DNA from: Polyangiaceae bacterium
GTDB taxonomy: Bacteria; Myxococcota_A; Polyangia; Polyangiales; Polyangiaceae
Assembly: GCA_965222375.1 (NCBI GenBank)
Contig: CBDCTZ010000014.1
Span: 1-64,000 of the forward strand
DNA: 64,000 nt
Direction: 5' to 3'
Shown here: in pieces, positions 59,729-64,000 of the stretch
How positions within the stretch are numbered: position 1 is the first letter of the stretch
Layout of the letters: each line of letters opens with the position of its first letter
The notes under the pieces: model-generated
The model's input: only the letters and a program-made list of their open reading frames with translations
The model's database searches: none
Told to the model about the DNA's origin: nothing
Translations under genes and position numbers: made by a program

Positions 59729-60754
59729 TCAGAACGTGCCGCGCACGCCCGCGGAGCCCAGGCCAACCCAGGGCTGGACCGCTGGGACCTTTGCGCTGCT
59801 CTGGTTCAGGTCGAGCAGGAGCAGAGTCGCGCCGGCGGCCACGCCAACTCCACCAACGATGAATCCGACCGTCGAAAGGGTCCTCGCACTCTTGGCGTCG
59901 TCCTCCACGCTCCTGATCTCTGCCTGTTGCCCCGATGTGCACCCGGGATCGCAGGAATCGAACAGCGAATCCGCGTCGGAGTCAGAGCCGTTCGCGCTGA
60001 CCATAAACCCTATTCCGACTCCAAGCCCCACGGCCCCCACGCCGAAAGAGATATAGCTTCCCAGGCGCATAGTGCTCATTCCGCCGGGCTTGAGGTCGTC
60101 GCTGCTCACGCTGCCGCTGCCGTCAGCCTTCACCGGTTCTACCGGCGCTTCTTCCGTAGGCACCAGCTTCAACACCACTTGTTGCTGCCCGCCTTCCTCC
60201 AGCGTTACTTCGACTGGGGCGCTGCGCAGGCCGTCGGCCTCTGCAACGAGGGTGTGGGCGCCGGGATCAGCCGGGTAGGGCACGCCTACGAGTGCCGAAG
60301 GCACTGCCTGCCCATCCATGGCAACGCGGACGGCTTTGGTTCCGCCTCCCTCCACCACGATGGTGATGCGGGCCAGCCGCGCTTCCACGGCCGGCAGTTC
60401 GGCGATGGCAGCTTCCTGAGCCGCTTTGATCGGCGGCGGCGCGGTGTCAGCGAGGTTTTCGCGCTTCGCCTTCAAATACGCCTCCCGGGCTTTCACGAGT
60501 TTGCCCAGCTTGGCGTAGGAGCGGCCGATGTAGACGAGGTGAGGGAGGGCGTGCACCAGGCTTTCCGCACGGATGAAGAAGTCCGCGGCCTCGGCATATC
60601 GCCCCTCTTCGAAGGCCCGTTGCCCCTCGGCGGCAGCGGCCCGCGCACCGGCGCGCTCTTCGTCCGTCGCCGAAAACGCGCTGCCCGCGCTTGCCAATAT
60701 CAACACCAGAACGGCCCCAGAGCGGGCCCATCGCCTAGCCTTCATGGGGCGCAT
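59729..60754 (-). CDS. TPR + PEGA-like domain protein
   Basis: ERAGAR, AESLVHALPH, ADPGAHTL, terminal RGTF. Confidence 0.85.
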   Translation of the reverse strand: MRPMKARRWARSGAVLVLILASAGSAFSATDEERAGARAAAAEGQRAFEEGRYAEAADFFIRAESLVHALPHLVYIGRSYAKLGKLVKAREAYLKAKRENLADTAPPPIKAAQEAAIAELPAVEARLARITIVVEGGGTKAVRVAMDGQAVPSALVGVPYPADPGAHTLVAEADGLRSAPVEVTLEEGGQQQVVLKLVPTEEAPVEPVKADGSGSVSSDDLKPGGMSTMRLGSYISFGVGAVGLGVGIGFMVSANGSDSDADSLFDSCDPGCTSGQQAEIRSVEDDAKSARTLSTVGFIVGGVGVAAGATLLLLDLNQSSAKVPAVQPWVGLGSAGVRGTF

Positions 60755-60869
60755 CCTAAAGAAAACCTGGAGTTTTTGCCACGTCTCGGCCCGCTTAGAA
60801 GACCTTTAGGAGGCCATCAGGAGACCATTAGGAGACTTGGGCGGCCCCGAGAGCTAGAATCCAGGATCC

Positions 60870-62279
60870 ATGCTGAACCCCGGGGACATCGTTGACGGCA
60901 AGTATCGGGTCGTCCGGCTGATCGGAGAGGGTGGCATGGGCGCGGTGTTCGAGGGCGAGAACACGGCCATTTCCCGACGGGTGGCCATCAAGGTGCTGCA
61001 CGCTCACGCTGCCCTTCAAGAAGACACGGTCATGCGCTTCAAGCGCGAGGCGCGTGCCGCGGGCAAGATCGGCAACGACCACATCCTGGAGATTTTGGAC
61101 CTGGGTGAGCTGCCCGAGGGCGCTCACTACATGGTGATGGAGTTCCTCGATGGTGAGGCGCTGTCGGCACGAATCGAGCGTGGCCCTTTGCCGCCAGCGG
61201 AGATGGTGGAGATCGCTTCGCAACTCCTCGAAGGCCTGGCTGCAGCGCACCAGGCCGGGATCATCCATCGGGACCTCAAGCCGGACAACATCTTCATCTT
61301 GAAGGAGAAGGCGGGGCGAACCGACTTCGTCAAGATCATCGACTTCGGTATCTCGAAGTTCCACCACGGCGTGGAGGACGGCGAGATGCACATGACCCAG
61401 ACGGGCACGCTCATGGGCACGCCTTTCTACATGTCCCCGGAGCAGGCCAAGGGCAGCATGGAGCTCGATCACCGCGTCGACATCTACGCGGTGGGCGTGA
61501 TCCTGTACGAATGTCTGAGCGGCCGTGTGCCTTACGACGCCAACAACTTCAACGAGCTCATCCTCAAGTTGGCGTTTCAACCAGCGCCGCCGATCACCAA
61601 CTTCGTCCCGGATATCGACCCGAAGCTGGCGGAGATCGTGCACAAGGCGTTGGCTCACAACCGAGACGAACGATACAACTCCTGCGAAGCACTCCAGGCA
61701 GATCTCAAGGGCTGGGTGGAGGGCGCGGACCCGAAATCGTTGCGGTTTGCCTTGGCGGAAGGAGTTCACAATGCTCCGCCTGGCGTGGCTGCGCAACCGG
61801 CTGGGACTCAAAGCAACTGGAGCCAGAGCCAGTCCGGCGTCACTCCACCTCCGATGCGCAGCCCCGTCGTTCCGCTGGCCATCGCCGCGGTCGTGGCCTT
61901 CTTCGTGCTCAGCATTGGTGCATTTGGCGTGTACAAGCTGGCCTTCTCCAAGTCCGATGCGGACATTGCCGCCACCGAGTCCTTGGAGACAGAGGGTTCT
62001 GCTTCGCCAGCTTCGGAGCCCGAGCTCGTCGCCTCGGCTCCGAAGGCGGAACCGCCCGAGCCGGAAGCTTCGGCCGCACCGAGCACGTCGGCGCCCGCTG
62101 CCAAGAGCGATCCGCCCAAGGAAAAACCCGAAGCCGACAAGCCGACGGCAATCGCGGCCAAGCCAGCCCCGAAGCCTGCGCCGAAGCCCATCAAGACCGT
62201 CGCACCCAAGCCCAAGCCCAAACCGGCACCCAAGCCCGCGCCTAAGCCCGGCATGGGCAAAGCTGGCGACTGGTACTAG
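60870..62279 (+). CDS. membrane Ser/Thr protein kinase
   Basis: GEGGMGAV, HRDLKPDN, DFGISK, GTPFYMSPEQ, TM, PK-rich tail. Confidence 0.95.
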   Translation: MLNPGDIVDGKYRVVRLIGEGGMGAVFEGENTAISRRVAIKVLHAHAALQEDTVMRFKREARAAGKIGNDHILEILDLGELPEGAHYMVMEFLDGEALSARIERGPLPPAEMVEIASQLLEGLAAAHQAGIIHRDLKPDNIFILKEKAGRTDFVKIIDFGISKFHHGVEDGEMHMTQTGTLMGTPFYMSPEQAKGSMELDHRVDIYAVGVILYECLSGRVPYDANNFNELILKLAFQPAPPITNFVPDIDPKLAEIVHKALAHNRDERYNSCEALQADLKGWVEGADPKSLRFALAEGVHNAPPGVAAQPAGTQSNWSQSQSGVTPPPMRSPVVPLAIAAVVAFFVLSIGAFGVYKLAFSKSDADIAATESLETEGSASPASEPELVASAPKAEPPEPEASAAPSTSAPAAKSDPPKEKPEADKPTAIAAKPAPKPAPKPIKTVAPKPKPKPAPKPAPKPGMGKAGDWY

Positions 62280-62390
62280 CCCCCCATTTGGCGGCGTGGC
62301 TGCAGTTCTAGGCGTGACGTCGATCGCCAGCTCAGCGGAGATCAGCGGCCGAGCCTGGGATGGAGCGACCCGCCATTGCATACTTGGCGT

Positions 62391-64000
62391 ATGAAGAACG
62401 CATCGTTGAGGTTGAGGTGGCTCGGCTCGCTGGCGGCGGCGGGCGCGCTCTGCGTTGGGTGTGGGTCCGAAGATGGCGGGTCCGGCGCCGGAGCTGGGGG
62501 GGCCGCTGGCAGTGCTGGCGGAGGTTCTGGCGGCGCGGCGGCTAGCGCCGGCAGCGGTGCTCAGGCGGGTAGCGGAGCCACAGCAGGCACTGCTGGGCAG
62601 TCGAATACCGGAGGCGCTGCCGGGATAGCAGGTGGTGGTGGAACTGCCGGCGGCACGGGCGGCGTTGGCGGCGGCACAGGCGGCGTTGGCGGCGGCACGG
62701 GGGGCACGGGCGCCGTTGGTGGCGGTACGGCCTCCGCGTCTTGCACCGTCCCGAGCAAGCTTCCCGCCGGTATCGACCTGCCGAAGCGATTCGTCGACAC
62801 GACCATGCCGACCCAGACCGGCAAACTGATTCAGGTGAAGTCCGGCGGCAACCTGCAGCAGGCGATCGATCAGGCGCAACCCGGCGACACCATTGAAGTT
62901 GAAGCGGGGGCGACGTTCTCGCCAATTCAGCTCAAGAACAAAGGCGCTTCAACGAAGTGGATCGTGATCCGCTCCTCCGCGATGAATCAACTGCCCGCCG
63001 AGGGCGTGCGCGTAAAACCCAGCGACGCCCAATACATGCCGAAGATCAATGTGCCCGGCAACAACAAGGCGGCGTTGACGACGGAGTCTGGAGCTCATCA
63101 CTATAGGATCATCGGTTTCGACTTCGGCGTCGACCCGACCGTGCCCGCCCACTACTCGGGAATCCTCACCTTGGGTGATCATCAAGAAACCGATCCCAAT
63201 AAAGTGGCGCATCACCTCGTCTTCGATCGAGTGTACATCCACGGTTTGAAGAACCCACCGGGTGGTGCGGGCTCTCGCGGTGTCAAACGCGGGGTGCAAT
63301 CCAACTGCGCTTACATGGCCGTCATCAACTCCTACATCGACGAGATCAAGTGGACCGATGATTCTCAAGGCATTGGCGGTTGGAATGGGCCAGGTCCTTT
63401 CAAGATCATCAACAATTACATCGAGGGCGCCGGTGAGAACATCATGTTCGGCGGTGCCACCGCGAAGAATGCTTCGATGGAGGCGCAGGATGTGGAGATC
63501 TGCGGCAACCACATCGCCAAGGATCTGAGCTGGCAGACCAAGGCCGGTCAAAAGGATGCCTGGATCAGCGTCAAGAACCTATTCGAGCTCAAACACGGTC
63601 ACCGAATCCTCGTTTCTGGCAACGTGTTCGAGAACAACTGGGCGGATTCGCAGACTGGGCGCTCTGTCGTGATCAAGGCGGTGAACAACGCCGATACCGA
63701 GGACCTGGTTTTCGTCTACAACATCGTTCGCAATTCGACCCTGGGCTGGAACCTAACGAGCAGCCAGGGCTGCAACGGCTGCACAGTCGAAGACTTGTAC
63801 TTCGCCCACAACATCGTGGACAAGCTCGGTCCGGATAGTACCCACGGCGGTCAAGGGCGAGCGCTCCAAGTACTGCAGGGCAGTACCCCCGGGGGCATCA
63901 AGAATCTGGTGATCGATCACAACACCTGGATCAACCACTACAACGTCACGGATTTCAGTGGGAAGCCTTCGGTGACAGGCTACGTCTACACGAACAATAT
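62391..64000 (+). CDS. pectin-lyase-fold (beta-helix) lipoprotein, runs off the window end
   Basis: Absent from the ORF track; ATG 62391 MKNASLR...LCVGC, Gly linker, GGNLQQAIDQAQPGDTI, DSQGIGGWNGPGPFKIINNYIEGAGENIMFGG, KNLFELK. Confidence 0.85.
   Translation, partial: MKNASLRLRWLGSLAAAGALCVGCGSEDGGSGAGAGGAAGSAGGGSGGAAASAGSGAQAGSGATAGTAGQSNTGGAAGIAGGGGTAGGTGGVGGGTGGVGGGTGGTGAVGGGTASASCTVPSKLPAGIDLPKRFVDTTMPTQTGKLIQVKSGGNLQQAIDQAQPGDTIEVEAGATFSPIQLKNKGASTKWIVIRSSAMNQLPAEGVRVKPSDAQYMPKINVPGNNKAALTTESGAHHYRIIGFDFGVDPTVPAHYSGILTLGDHQETDPNKVAHHLVFDRVYIHGLKNPPGGAGSRGVKRGVQSNCAYMAVINSYIDEIKWTDDSQGIGGWNGPGPFKIINNYIEGAGENIMFGGATAKNASMEAQDVEICGNHIAKDLSWQTKAGQKDAWISVKNLFELKHGHRILVSGNVFENNWADSQTGRSVVIKAVNNADTEDLVFVYNIVRNSTLGWNLTSSQGCNGCTVEDLYFAHNIVDKLGPDSTHGGQGRALQVLQGSTPGGIKNLVIDHNTWINHYNVTDFSGKPSVTGYVYTNN

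Noticed and set aside
60828..62879. Long antisense ORFs (also 35170-36660, 12188-13288, 57890-59038)
   Set aside because: Shadow ORFs of GC-rich genes with clear motifs on the other strand or frame

Overview
GC-rich chromosomal window from a myxobacterium, probably Polyangiaceae-like; this taxonomy is inferred from the gene repertoire. It holds about 20 Gly-linker/Cys-rich lipoproteins, two MYXO-CTERM proteins, four Ser/Thr kinases each paired with a TPR/PEGA protein, an ECF sigma/anti-sigma cluster, TetR-OYE, AraC, a STAND-type regulator, an RlmM-like methyltransferase and mdh. The most notable region is the ~13.5 kb between the convergent rlmM-like and mdh genes. (i) Three extra copies of the mdh 3' end lie downstream of mdh, interleaved with cargo genes, and no integrase is present; the longest copy (267 nt) is protein-identical but carries ~18 purely synonymous changes. 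(ii) There is a standalone DUF559 endonuclease gene with a long structured leader and nearby REP-like palindromes, plus a second, decayed DUF559 copy. (iii) A complete group II intron (26371-28331) is inserted in one of these palindromes and appears to end in AG rather than AY, with a compensatory C at the gamma position. Several pseudogenes occur in the first 20 kb, including a radical SAM gene with an in-frame TAG just after its CxxxCxxC motif. All calls come from reading the sequence by eye; no database searches were run.
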